DNA from: a virus
Direction: 5' to 3' (one strand)
Length of the DNA: 64,000 nucleotides
IMG/VR virus record: IMGVR_UViG_3300042544_003795
Location: 106,054-170,053 of that record
The position numbers were made by a program, and so were the translations under genes. The notes beneath the pieces were generated by a model. The model did not search any database and was not told where the DNA came from. It was given only the letters and a program-made list of their open reading frames with translations. Shown here in pieces: positions 52,701 through 59,352 of the stretch; position 1 is the stretch's first letter; each line of letters starts with the position of its first letter.

Positions 52701-55700
52701 TTCGGAATAAAGCCTTTGCTTGAAAAGTAAGAAGGAAGAGCCGCCGTAGAATTTTCTTGTCTTTTAATTAATGTGTATGGCTTTTCAAAAGATATAGGTT
52801 CTTTGATTTTATTTTTGAAAAATGGAAACTTTGATCTTTTATCTGTTTTTGGCAATTCTAAAGCTTTGGTTTGTAAAGCTTTTGAAACCAAATTATCTCT
52901 AGTTATTTCTCCCGCTTTAACTTCTGCTATCCCCTGCCTCTTTGAATTGATTATGTCCATTCTTGCACCTTTACCAGTTGCTAATACAGATGCTTCTTTA
53001 TTTATTTCATTAAACGCTCTTTGTCCTGTTTTCTCAAACATATTCCCACCTACTTTAATAGCGAATCCATTTATTTGATTTTCGATAGAATCATTCTTTT
53101 CGCCTTCTATTAAAGGCATAGATGAGTCTTTAACTTCACCACGATTTCTTAAATTATCAATTAATAATTTTACCCCATCTTCAGTATATCCATTTTTTAG
53201 GCCTATATTAGTTATAAATTTTGCTTTATCTTCTGTAAATTCTCCTGCAAGTTTTTTCTTTATGCCTTTGATATAATCCGGAGTATTTAATGATACAACA
53301 TTATATTTTAAATTTTTTATAGTATCAACACCAACATCTGCAACACGAGAAGATTGTTCTCCTGAAATTTTACCTGAATATTCGATTGATTGTAATTGTC
53401 CATCATCATTTTTATTATATTTACTTATATCCTTTTTTTTAATTTTTCCTATTCCTTTTCCCCTCTCCAAAGAGGCTTTTGCGAAATTTGGAATAAAGCC
53501 TTTGCTAAATGATCTACGTTTATATTCGTTAATTTTTTCCTTTGCTTCTTTGCTTCTTGCTTCTGCCATGCCAGCGTCCACAATAACAGCTTTGCCTCCA
53601 GCCTTTACGAAATCTTCATAAAGTTGGTTATCTGAGTCATATGATGCTCCCGCTCTACGCGAAGACAAATAATCTAAATGTTTTTTTAAGAAATCTTGAC
53701 CTTTGGCGTTTACACTGTAATTTTCGCCAATTAGATCGCTCATAAGTACGCCAGAATCGTACATCTTACCCTCTAATATTTTTCCAAAGCCATTCGATGC
53801 ATCCCTTCCAATTGACTTAATAGCCATTGGATCTTTTATTATTTCTTTTCTAATACTGCTTGTTCTTACGGATCTATCTAATGTGTCTGGAATTTGAGGT
53901 CCTGTAACCCCCGGAATAAGGTTGCCTTCCGATAAAAGTCTGGATATCGAATATTCCCTTGTGACTTTATCTTGTATTTCTCTTCTACTTTGGTTTTTGT
54001 AAAATCTTTTTACGCCCACACCTTCTGAGAGTTTATGAAAAGAACCTTCTACTCCTCTTCCAATCTCCCTAGAGGTTTTTACGAAATTTGGAATAAAGCC
54101 ACTTGAACGTAATACCCCATTCGAAGACACTTTAAATTGTTCTTGTTCATAAGGGTTTATACCAGTTTTTTTAATAGACTCTTCTTTATGTTTTTTACCC
54201 CCTTTTGAATTTGGAGGTGGATTAATAAAATATTTTTTCTTAGATTCTGGTACAAAACCTTTGGAATTATTTGATGGTATTTTACTTGCTGTTTCAGCAG
54301 TATTCATGACCCCACCCACAGGAGAATTAACAACAAGTCCCGAAGCATAACTGGAACTTAAAGCTCCTTTTTTTTCTGCCATTTTTACTTCAGGAGAAAA
54401 GCCATTAGAATAAGTCGGGATATAACCTTTTGCTTTATTTTTTCCTCTTTTATTAGCTGCTAATCCTACTGTAACAGCTTCACTTACCTGAGCTATACCT
54501 TGTCTTCTAGCCATACTCATCATTAATTCTTCTAAAATCTGTGTTTTCTCTACTAAACTTGTAGTTGTCGCTAATCTATCTACTAAGCCTTTATTGCCCA
54601 TCAATATAGCTTTATTAACTGACAGTTGCATTTTTTCATCAACTAGAGAAGCTTTTTTCAAACCGGATAAAGCCTGAACTGCTGTAAAAGCATCTTTCGA
54701 AATTTTAAATAATAATCTACCAATAATACCTATTAATAAGTATGCCCCCGGCCCAGCTAATGCAGAACTTATACCATTAAGTATAACTTTGCCTATTGAA
54801 AGTCCTGCCTTTTCACCTCCATCCGCTGCTGCCCCCAAATTAAGAGTGTCTAATATTTTATTGCCAATACCCACAAAACTATCTAAAATAGGTTGTACAG
54901 TTACTTTTCCTGTTTCTGCTAAAAATTGAGTAAGATTATTCTTTAATTTTTGCAAATTAGCATCTGTAGTCTCTGTTAAGATTTTTAATCTTTCAGCTGC
55001 GTTTCCAGAAGAATCAGAAGCTACTCTAACAGCTTTATCAAATAAACTATACTCTCCATTTAAAGACTTTAATGTTGCTTGAAGAGTATTGATTTGATAT
55101 ACTCCGGCTACTTGTTCAAGAACGAATGCCCTTTGACTATCTGATAAACTGTCTAATTTATTAGATAAATTCGTAAGGACTTCAATTTGTGATTTAAATT
55201 CTCCATTAGAATTTTCAGTAGCTATGCCTATATTATTTAATACCTCTTGAACTGATGTTCTAGAAAGTCTAGTAAAAATTGTTTTTAAGCCGTTGGATAT
55301 AACTGGAGCTCCCCGAGCAGAAACCTGTTGAACTACAGATATCAAAGATGCAATTTCTTTTAGTTCTATACCAGCTGCACTAGCTACGCTACCAACTCTT
55401 TTTAAACCGTCAGATATTCCAGCTGCACTAATTGCGAATGCATTGTCAAGAGAAACAATACTATCTACAACATCTTCATAAGTTAAAGCTTCATCGGTGA
55501 AAGTATTTATAGCAGCTGTTAAATTCTCAACAGTTTGAGCCGCATCGGTTCCAGCAATTTTAGAAAAAGCAAGAGCGGCATTTGTAGCCTTCAATGTCTC
55601 TTCTACTGACAAACCCTGCCTAGCAAATTCAGAGGCAGCTGCGGCGGCCACATCGAAACTCTGGCCTGTAGCATTAGCAACCTTAAAAAGCTCTGATGAA

Positions 55701-56044
55701 AATATCTGTAAATTAGAATTAGATGTTTGTAATATAGCTTGAATTCCAGCTAATTGCTTTTCAAGTTTTACAGAGTCTGTGAAAAGTCTTGTAAATGCTG
55801 TGGCTAATCCATAAACGACTGTGGTTGTAGCTGTAAAAGCTAAAACTCTAGCGGTAGCAGCATCTAAACTGCCTGAAAACTTATCGAAATCACCTGTAAT
55901 TCTGCCAAGGGGCAAACTTCCACCTTTTAAATTTAGATTAAAACCTTTCTTTTCAAACAGATCTCTACCTTTTTTATGGGTAGTCAGAATAGCTGCATCT
56001 GCTTTATCTGTATATATTTGTAATCCGTAATTAATTTCGTCCAT
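40757..56044 (-). CDS. Giant tape measure protein with internal enzymatic cargo domains (5095 aa)
   Basis: N-terminal TP901-type TMP core (AASEFARQGLSVEETL..., FAISAAGISDGLKRVGSVA, NGLKTIFTRL); follows the tail tube and chaperone genes; hydrophobic segments and long coiled coil in the C-terminal part. Confidence 0.88.
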   Translation of the reverse strand: MDEINYGLQIYTDKADAAILTTHKKGRDLFEKKGFNLNLKGGSLPLGRITGDFDKFSGSLDAATARVLAFTATTTVVYGLATAFTRLFTDSVKLEKQLAGIQAILQTSNSNLQIFSSELFKVANATGQSFDVAAAAASEFARQGLSVEETLKATNAALAFSKIAGTDAAQTVENLTAAINTFTDEALTYEDVVDSIVSLDNAFAISAAGISDGLKRVGSVASAAGIELKEIASLISVVQQVSARGAPVISNGLKTIFTRLSRTSVQEVLNNIGIATENSNGEFKSQIEVLTNLSNKLDSLSDSQRAFVLEQVAGVYQINTLQATLKSLNGEYSLFDKAVRVASDSSGNAAERLKILTETTDANLQKLKNNLTQFLAETGKVTVQPILDSFVGIGNKILDTLNLGAAADGGEKAGLSIGKVILNGISSALAGPGAYLLIGIIGRLLFKISKDAFTAVQALSGLKKASLVDEKMQLSVNKAILMGNKGLVDRLATTTSLVEKTQILEELMMSMARRQGIAQVSEAVTVGLAANKRGKNKAKGYIPTYSNGFSPEVKMAEKKGALSSSYASGLVVNSPVGGVMNTAETASKIPSNNSKGFVPESKKKYFINPPPNSKGGKKHKEESIKKTGINPYEQEQFKVSSNGVLRSSGFIPNFVKTSREIGRGVEGSFHKLSEGVGVKRFYKNQSRREIQDKVTREYSISRLLSEGNLIPGVTGPQIPDTLDRSVRTSSIRKEIIKDPMAIKSIGRDASNGFGKILEGKMYDSGVLMSDLIGENYSVNAKGQDFLKKHLDYLSSRRAGASYDSDNQLYEDFVKAGGKAVIVDAGMAEARSKEAKEKINEYKRRSFSKGFIPNFAKASLERGKGIGKIKKKDISKYNKNDDGQLQSIEYSGKISGEQSSRVADVGVDTIKNLKYNVVSLNTPDYIKGIKKKLAGEFTEDKAKFITNIGLKNGYTEDGVKLLIDNLRNRGEVKDSSMPLIEGEKNDSIENQINGFAIKVGGNMFEKTGQRAFNEINKEASVLATGKGARMDIINSKRQGIAEVKAGEITRDNLVSKALQTKALELPKTDKRSKFPFFKNKIKEPISFEKPYTLIKRQENSTAALPSYFSSKGFIPNFAEITRRVGILDGDVLANPEYAQIVNSEMERLGNSKTHEYWEHLGNYAMQKRKTGGLKRITGIYGAPGSGKTSLAFNADKYGIPKKSDDSKFRKTTRIPILQESDIDKVDEVVATKASQSNAERSLQEGLFGGVDRLISLQISREDQIKSAKKRAASDNPIANQGRSGKSLLETVGKNPEDPNYIAAVAENKGVPVARLQREGDKTSIIKKQLNIEKKKIAFAYGAFAPFTEGHKEMFTQARSLGFEPENIVFGVSSGATLKEGDKHSYRTSVFPIGLRRQLIKKATGAKTTVIPSSEFRGRIPSVFKVSDGRYLSPTPGSIALVGDDKGLYETAKYTEKGLQVVQDARTEGISGTELRKAIGEGDTKGIRRLAAGGSEDLLIANLPQIQNRTAFIDKTMGRTSLKKNKAIDKINRRLGELPPKIYTVGKNITPPEQADEIRALRKQRKRIQESDSGSRILDRATRMYKALQTDDYVDDIIDEPINNPKSKSKKNVNLNSKIDESDDYIDISQFLPNNVNAANQFALAQSRGNKNVEFDDKISTISFEQVQVKIPDKGGSRRNLMSSILQSAPDSYRFKDKNRKDGKVDQTDYTGVFERYAIQQANKTKVGPKFIPTRNTGFNKGNNAVDAFSIDSIENKEISLLEAKAGDWTAPKVGDKYGRFLPENIAELSPMLLPLFTEGVPDKYDRIKLTNYIAVPDLNDIDPITRRQTNAGPLTQIVNGKRIVPKIVIPKLRFQGSTRARDLPNMGKEVGMTMNAYPERMSVPDSDMPAIETGPLSDDERKVQEWAANLAGQGSRARKTTNSYKKIQQQILTERQLPTDVQDRNMPVSEIAPLSDEDRVQAILSARYNKPRNTGGRKKTREQVLRENGLERFLSSGFIPNFASKLSYKETQNAKKKSRAKEAKAGIPIGKIRMGKNPSLRTPFNPEGFGTYNKYEGTLANGMGLAKKEGIDPRSKGMSASEGFIPNFALQSSFMGGGAEGTFHRLTKDIGVKRFYNRKPSSSAGIFAGFETKKDTKTANVKSESNLPKTITDEFTVSKLLAEKRLVDGITGPKIPDNLERALRAKSIRKEIIKEPMARDSVGIAASGVFGRILQARLKKAGLEMDDLHGANYTLNPQGRKFIEENKNNLLKDYVKYYKVPESSQDLYDKFVKSGGKATIIDAGYTNVIDPNLKNQVNEYSKKTNSRGFIPNFATPSLASDKTFFRDVVGNKKSGKNLARNIDRKTYDFLIAKYGREKVESSLAKISKTPAFDFSSEKDKMYKEAVEKNNTDLLKKMVEKEAQDSPYNRKGVRLGFYNKGVPLRSEIKDLNFGPGYYTAEDASLSIGGSDVSVNSKPHEDRLKALGLKASDVQFRKDEVYVKAQKPLTGNLPDEFMPYLNARVNYEIAINDAYAKLGKYGHLSPEEIAKISNRSLLLSTLRSRSAKNEKYKIGTAILMKEGKIPYDSIRGIAGRTLQEKTMSSELVVPNASQIKSAALVEYDDDGNLIPLSKRFDEKSDDIRGSKNPNKKRGRGYSIQGLGLRGKPTSFAKGFIPNFFSRLSPAKIPYAQERKALNESVNAEMSAGFERKDVKIGRRASLKTKSNPKGLAVFNKDEKTLSKGMSFAKMAKIEPTTKRTYGDSSSGLVSRTSAFGFIPNFEIPVRRPSLMNRVRQGASKVKTAANSPLALKIRSMLNTPTSTNALSLLISQIDGAPDISSDEIEFFKKVLDQVQYSTGNLLTSVQRANLPSLRTALSVIVPTVDDYLSSRFSRENPNSSSEGFIPNFATPKEKRALKKIRKRNEAKQKNADKDQEKKDKTQAAQQKVAAVRARPALPSSLRSGLGGSFQATREIFQRNQAKRKAAEAEKKASRTNAAPIKKAGISPQDQAKRDAKANADRKRRNIKIDYTNAKAQMAKLPQAPGRYQPTLTAQNQFVSRKEILKNLTQDRINKRRVGAKGVENTFKKGGQGQSKLFRNRDGQIVGSEERNRKADSIRADRLYNRSVAAGIMTPGGKLGSPILPTKGIQGAGKGMQSFPRTQIENRFQVEKDARKAKANRLRSVNNESRSIRKEYKADFAKQKELNANQKGGILQGGGQQGGGKQGAMPAGGGMPMGGDLPDSDNKVTKTPQELKQEKKEKRAAKAGAINAKMMGLAFTASTVTGMFSTPEEGKEQTKAQKEVQNIGESIAAGASAAMMVAMVPALAPIAPIVGVLAGAFNYATKATKAAVPSTLELTNNNQKLIQSTESQITSLQEAIKSQNEISELKTSGGDPKKIAKAQSTFAKSLGGIKDPELISTILNEKSDLKKQEAIANFQEKKSKDLNFSQGNLVTSEIIKKSREENVSVFGNKTKTSDFKTEDFDTFLNPIIDSIDFTKVKSKEASEAIDKLGNGTLSMGDFITQFGSELGLTESQVKMASKTYGDLNKEFTDSSIQSMDKYAAALLTFNKNLNDTVQTGIQGFSLDFQKVFDEGLKGLTLDTALINYKNFSTAGTNLSIEKSRLDSDRASGRITEAEGINRQASLQTKDLNLDAEKKGTEIVSKAVEQLTALIPKNASIEQRSNILNQASSVLKGGGDLSSLEGLIKQSLGSSDGSKEILSQIADINQEVVLGIEKLRIDQADGLRSINTISQDQLKESQRRNLAEIGKSALAGPPQYTKKLMNTGAVLETDAKIQKLRDKAERSGGGETETGRKLLVEASNLEMQNDRIKYEDEQAQAERYGKDNVVKRTNEERSGKAQLQKTMADDIGQKLRDLNKARAKSNQGSIFSDASIKKITEGIQIGGSGADESKRMLDEKFNNPYFQDSTVQSFAREIKGVGGVNSIFANNNQMAASAGANVPIAASAGAAGAGFPVVPNVAGAGVPTVPSVAGAGVTTVPSVAGASVPTVPSVAGAGVTTVPSSGVAATNTSMNPSSAAMPNYASSTANITAKSLTGRGSEQADILRRSAAVTQTQDYKSFEAEKAKNVQLRQERSVAEAGEPQRIIDNQKAVEKIKTPLNYQRTINTGTAATLKQDFVMDDLVSFQERMKSGKATETDFENLKASTLMDEGGNDRSREEISARNAYISQVESSGFSFKEDEVSVEKRIKEAQAKKDAKAKQGLDTTLEDNQISNLTKRKKDAGRNFEKEIERSDTTLAAKRERIDAAISAAESYNTESSKFLTQDAVLPAKTKSKTPQETDINVKRLQGLEETAKVLGDGKKDDERIQRVEEDLREGRQVQGKDGKIERVKMSPEEVKKAQEQLAGFKSDKAENTAARIKNKSETARVKAGLAEDPVQYLKSLEKQRGTAPLQDAAQIDENIKKNQDYLKNGVMRKGKDGKEQLTPLTPEERKKEEESLKANMAAKKEIDLDNKIKSVTAQAQMADPKGYLELLQSRRGVGPPRDPEELKKGIQAKKDEIKSLEKVNPLSADEANQFTSLEKETTAYDKSVSNIKELEALNKIPNLSEQSQKRKAELEATSSADMELTSYSDFEPWKGVNPKDIRDKKKKLGEFKARLDPKGKIADLRKGIETDEKTLSEDQLIAEAQKKADAKDPAKVRASYVAKLKGSKDKNLQGVAAKIEKLDKKKTELDSLKGKTLTADEKTELTGLEDETRSFDKAESNRKELNILRAKEPYGTLTDSDKKRKEQLELTEATDAKTLDTRKEAKDNKLELQDLRELDRMGPLSEGQIARKTELESREATDTKILADPQDGLDIVKRERMKELQAKAKNTEKETQLRGEVKKGTEDVARATDQNMGAINNELFKGQVAPVIMDQIQKPEDKKKVQAYNAKVVERQDQEAQLDPINKNIADIEAKRRDRSKVGFEAMADMGPDNDGKKSDFINKFIRGEVTAEEADEQTGGALKNAYNKVIPKKEGQTFEDLNNVGNVKDEKSKKAQIEKQIAQTKEEENKLGAVIKPLVDAVTGLTNAQGAATEGAAEGQNAQGAQGVVNTTNVNTTSQISVNITGEGITPEMIEKLKPSIIGMVEQHNREVASAAGKPPPAAPPTKAPPATTG
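44049..44212 (-). repeat. 33-bp coding tandem repeat (about 5x AGAGVTTVPSV) in TMP
   Basis: Repeated unit ccagctccagctacgctaggaac... with 33-nt period. Confidence 0.85.
47390..54100 (-). repeat. Dispersed GFIPNF peptide repeat, 9 exact copies in TMP
   Basis: Copies at 54083-54100, 53483-53500, 52697-52714, 50042-50059, 49784-49801, 49109-49126, 48077-48094, 47771-47788 and 47390-47407; degenerate GYIPTY (~54410-54427) and GFVPES (~54243-54260). Confidence 0.95.
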
Positions 56045-56085
56045 ATTGGTCTATTCACCTTGTTCCTTTAGCCGGTAATATATAT

Positions 56086-56090
56086 TACAC
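56086..56090 (-). promoter_or_regulatory. GTGTA upstream motif (one of 9 intergenic copies; candidate phage-specific promoter element)
   Basis: Also at 9710, 15138, 21375, 35657, 40746, 58048, 59305 and 61346, each 12-42 nt before a start codon. Confidence 0.55.
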
Positions 56091-56137
56091 TATAGGTTAT
56101 GAAGTAAGAAGAATTATAATTTTATGTCAAAAATAAA

Positions 56138-57012
56138 TTATGAATTCTTAAAAGACTCAGCTGCATTTCTTAATGAAGATGCTTCTGCTTGTTTATTAGG
56201 TTTATTTTTATTATTCATTTCTGTTATAAAAATTCTTTCAATCTCGTCCGCATCATTTCTTTCTTCGTCTGTTATATTTTCTGTTTTTTCTAATAAAGAT
56301 ATAAAATACTTTGAATAATCAAATAAGGTTAATTGATTCTGAGTTAAAAGATAACCATTTTTATTAAAATAAGATTCTGGATTAGAAGAATTTTTTATAT
56401 AATCTCTAACATTTTTAAGAGCTGACAACTTTCTTATATTAGATGTAGAAAATAAATCTAAACAATCTTTATAGCAATCAACAACTTCGTAAAGTTCTTG
56501 GTCACTGAAATCTATAACATCTTCAATCTCAAATACTTTATTTTCTAATTTTTCATCTTTATAAAAACTTAAATGTAAAATATATTCAGTAATAGGCCCA
56601 TTAGATAATGTTTCTGCTGATAAATTTAATAAATTTTCTTTTTTAGATAACAAAGAGTTATAAGATTTCCTATAATCTGTTATTATATTATCTATTTCAT
56701 CTAATTGCTCGTCAAACATAGCCTTAGATCTTTTTGATAACATTAATTGAATGTTACTACTTAAAGATTCTAAAGTCTTCTCTTGTTCTTCAGACCATAA
56801 ATTTTCTTTAATTTTTTTATCCAATAAGTCTTTCTTACTTAAAGCACCTTTAGCTTTATAGTTTTCTATAGACTTAAAAGTATAGTCATCAATAAGAGCG
56901 TACTCTATTGAACCAAAATGTTTTAAATATACTTTTTTTTTAAAAAAGTCTCAGAATACCCACGGCAAATATCAAAATAAATGCCGCCTGTATTTATGGC
57001 TTTGAATTCCAT
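56138..57012 (-). CDS. Tail-assembly-chaperone-region protein, requiring a -1 frameshift near 56932-56947
   Basis: ATG at 57012 opens 29 codons ending ACT TTT TTA AAA AAA AAG TAT ATT TAA; the -1 frame is open from there into ORF 56138..56824. Confidence 0.6.
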
Positions 57013-57017
57013 AAAAA

Positions 57018-57734
57018 TTAATCTTCCGATTCATCTATAATAGATTCTAACAATTTGAAGTCTTCTTCGTTTTCTGCTTGCTTTTTTAACCAAGTTGATA
57101 TGAGAATTGATCCTTTGGAAAAAACATTTTTTTCATACTCATAAATATCTCCTTCGTCATCTAAAATATTATAATAATTTTCTAGTTTATCCTTATAATT
57201 TTTACCAGCGAAAATAGGTTTAAATGTATCGTCTTCTTTATAGAAAAGAAAATTTAATGAACACCATTGTACAACTCTTCTTTCAGAGATAGACTCGGCA
57301 GATCTTTCAAAAATGCTATTAAGCCGAGATTGATAATCTTCTACCTGAGATGAAATATCTTTAATTTCTTCTAAAAGTTCTGGGTTCTCTACATTTTCAG
57401 CGCTTTCTTTTAGAAATCTATTTCTTTTTATATTGAGATCTTGAAGGAGTCTTTTCATAGCTTCTACATCTTTCTTGGAGTCAAGACCCCCAGAATCATG
57501 ATAGCTATTTAGAATCATTGTATTCGTGGAAATGCCTTGAGCCTGAAGCTCCGATATTTGAATACTATAAAAAAGATCCATTTCATCTATCTCTCTATGA
57601 GATGGCTTCTTTATATGTACTTCGACATCTTTTAAAACCTTAGTTTTAACAACAGTCTCAATACCTTGTTCGTTTTTATTTTTAGTTTCCTCAAATGAGG
57701 GTTTCTTTACTTTGAATGTGTATAATGTCTTCAT
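57018..57734 (-). CDS. Putative tail assembly chaperone
   Basis: Acidic helical protein between the tail tube and TMP genes. Confidence 0.55.
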   Translation of the reverse strand: MKTLYTFKVKKPSFEETKNKNEQGIETVVKTKVLKDVEVHIKKPSHREIDEMDLFYSIQISELQAQGISTNTMILNSYHDSGGLDSKKDVEAMKRLLQDLNIKRNRFLKESAENVENPELLEEIKDISSQVEDYQSRLNSIFERSAESISERRVVQWCSLNFLFYKEDDTFKPIFAGKNYKDKLENYYNILDDEGDIYEYEKNVFSKGSILISTWLKKQAENEEDFKLLESIIDESED

Positions 57735-57742
57735 AAAATCCT

Positions 57743-58036
57743 TTACCTTTGGTTTTCTATTTCTCTCAAAAGAGAGTTTCCGTAATCCAAAATTCTTTTT
57801 CTTAATTGTTTTATTTTATTATCGTCTAAATTGTTAGAATATTTAAGATACGATATTAAATTTACTGAAATTCCGTGTTCCTTTTTTAAAAAATCTTCGA
57901 GTTCTAAAAATGTTTTTTCCAAATTTTTTTGATTTTCCTCGTTCTCAACTTTTTCCTCATCAAGTATTTCCAAGAATAATTTAAAAAGAAGTTTAACAGC
58001 TCTTTCAGCCGTAAATTGCATATTATAAAAATTCAT
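57743..58036 (-). CDS. Hypothetical protein
   Basis: ORF track; ends LRKRILDYGN. Confidence 0.55.
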   Translation of the reverse strand: MNFYNMQFTAERAVKLLFKLFLEILDEEKVENEENQKNLEKTFLELEDFLKKEHGISVNLISYLKYSNNLDDNKIKQLRKRILDYGNSLLREIENQR

Positions 58037-58053
58037 CCAAACTCTCTTACACC

Positions 58054-58088
58054 AAAAAAAAAAGAGAGGGAAATTTCCCTCTCTCTTT
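58054..58088 (-). terminator. Intrinsic terminator after the major tail gene
   Basis: Minus strand GAGAGGGAAATTTCCCTCTC followed by a T10 tract. Confidence 0.8.
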
Positions 58089-58115
58089 ATTTTAATATTT
58101 ATTATTTATAAAGTA

Positions 58116-59279
58116 TTATGCGTAAGCAGTGACACCAGAGAAGAATATGTTATTATCTGCATCATCTGGAGCACCAATAGATCCTAACCATGTTAATGAA
58201 ACAGATTGATTAGCGTCTGCATCAATACTAAAAGCTTCAGACTGTAATGTTAATCCTTTTAATGTAATTTTAGCTTGTACTGTTCCCGTTCCATTACAAT
58301 CTGGTCTTCTCATTGTAATTGTAGCTGTTTGAGAAGGATTTGAACAAACAAATTCTCTTAGATTAGCAGCCTTTAAATCTCCAGCTATAGCTTCAACTGT
58401 AAAATTAATATCAAGAGGAAAAGTTAATTCTCTATTTCTAGCATATCGAGCTCCTAAAGATTGAATAGGTTCACGAGCTAAGTCAAAAGATACATTGAAT
58501 GACTGAATATTAAAGGTCGAATTAGTTGTATCTGCAAATAGACCTGTAGCATTTGTCTGTAAATCTACACTTACATCACCGGGTCTTAGTATGAAAGGTT
58601 TACTTGTACTACCTAGTGATCCGGCTGGTAATCTAAAGTTTGTGTTTACGCCTTCTACTTGAGTACCGTCATTAGGATTTATAGATGGGCTTTTAAGCCA
58701 TCCACTAATAGCTGGAAGAGTTGTTTGTAAAAGAGTTAAACCTCCAGTTTGACCTCTTAAATTGTAACCTTCAATAGTAACACTAGCTGTAGGATATTCT
58801 CCAACACTAGCTTCTATAGAGTAATTTGTAATTACACCATTACCAATTCCTAAAACGTAATCATCTGTAGCAGCTCCACTTCTAGTAACAGCATCTACAC
58901 CTTCTGGAGTAACTAGTATAAAATAATTCTTTTCATTTCTACCAGCAGCCTTTGTTAATATACCTGATATAGCGCCGACTTCAGCAGCGCCAATTCCAGT
59001 CGGAATTATATCAAATCCGATATTTTTTTCATTCTCGAAGTCTGTAAAGTAATATGAAAAAGGAACGCTGACAGTAGGATTGTCATTCGTATCTCTTGTG
59101 AGAGGAGCCAATTTGCCTATAACACTTATAGGGGCTCTTTCATAATTCCATTCTGGACCACCTATAGAGGTTAATCTAAAAAGTTGTTTTATATCTCCCT
59201 CTCCAGACATTGTACCTGTTGCGGTATTTACACTGGTGTATAGATTAAACGACTGTGATTGTGAGCGTATTCTTGGCAT
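58116..59279 (-). CDS. Major tail (tube) protein
   Basis: Beta-rich; NYSIEASVGEYPTASVT and IQSFNVSFDLAREPIQSLG; upstream of chaperones and TMP; has its own terminator. Confidence 0.72.
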   Translation of the reverse strand: MPRIRSQSQSFNLYTSVNTATGTMSGEGDIKQLFRLTSIGGPEWNYERAPISVIGKLAPLTRDTNDNPTVSVPFSYYFTDFENEKNIGFDIIPTGIGAAEVGAISGILTKAAGRNEKNYFILVTPEGVDAVTRSGAATDDYVLGIGNGVITNYSIEASVGEYPTASVTIEGYNLRGQTGGLTLLQTTLPAISGWLKSPSINPNDGTQVEGVNTNFRLPAGSLGSTSKPFILRPGDVSVDLQTNATGLFADTTNSTFNIQSFNVSFDLAREPIQSLGARYARNRELTFPLDINFTVEAIAGDLKAANLREFVCSNPSQTATITMRRPDCNGTGTVQAKITLKGLTLQSEAFSIDADANQSVSLTWLGSIGAPDDADNNIFFSGVTAYA

Positions 59280-59352
59280 AGTTTGATAAAGTTATACTAT
59301 AATATACACTAAAAATTATATTTTTGAAAAAAATATTACAATAAATTCTATT

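Noticed and set aside
47390-54100. GFIPNF repeats as DNA-level recombination sites (attC-like) or inteins
   Set aside because: Third-position variation points to peptide-level selection; no palindromic structure, recombinase or splicing residues. A secondary role as microhomology is not excluded.
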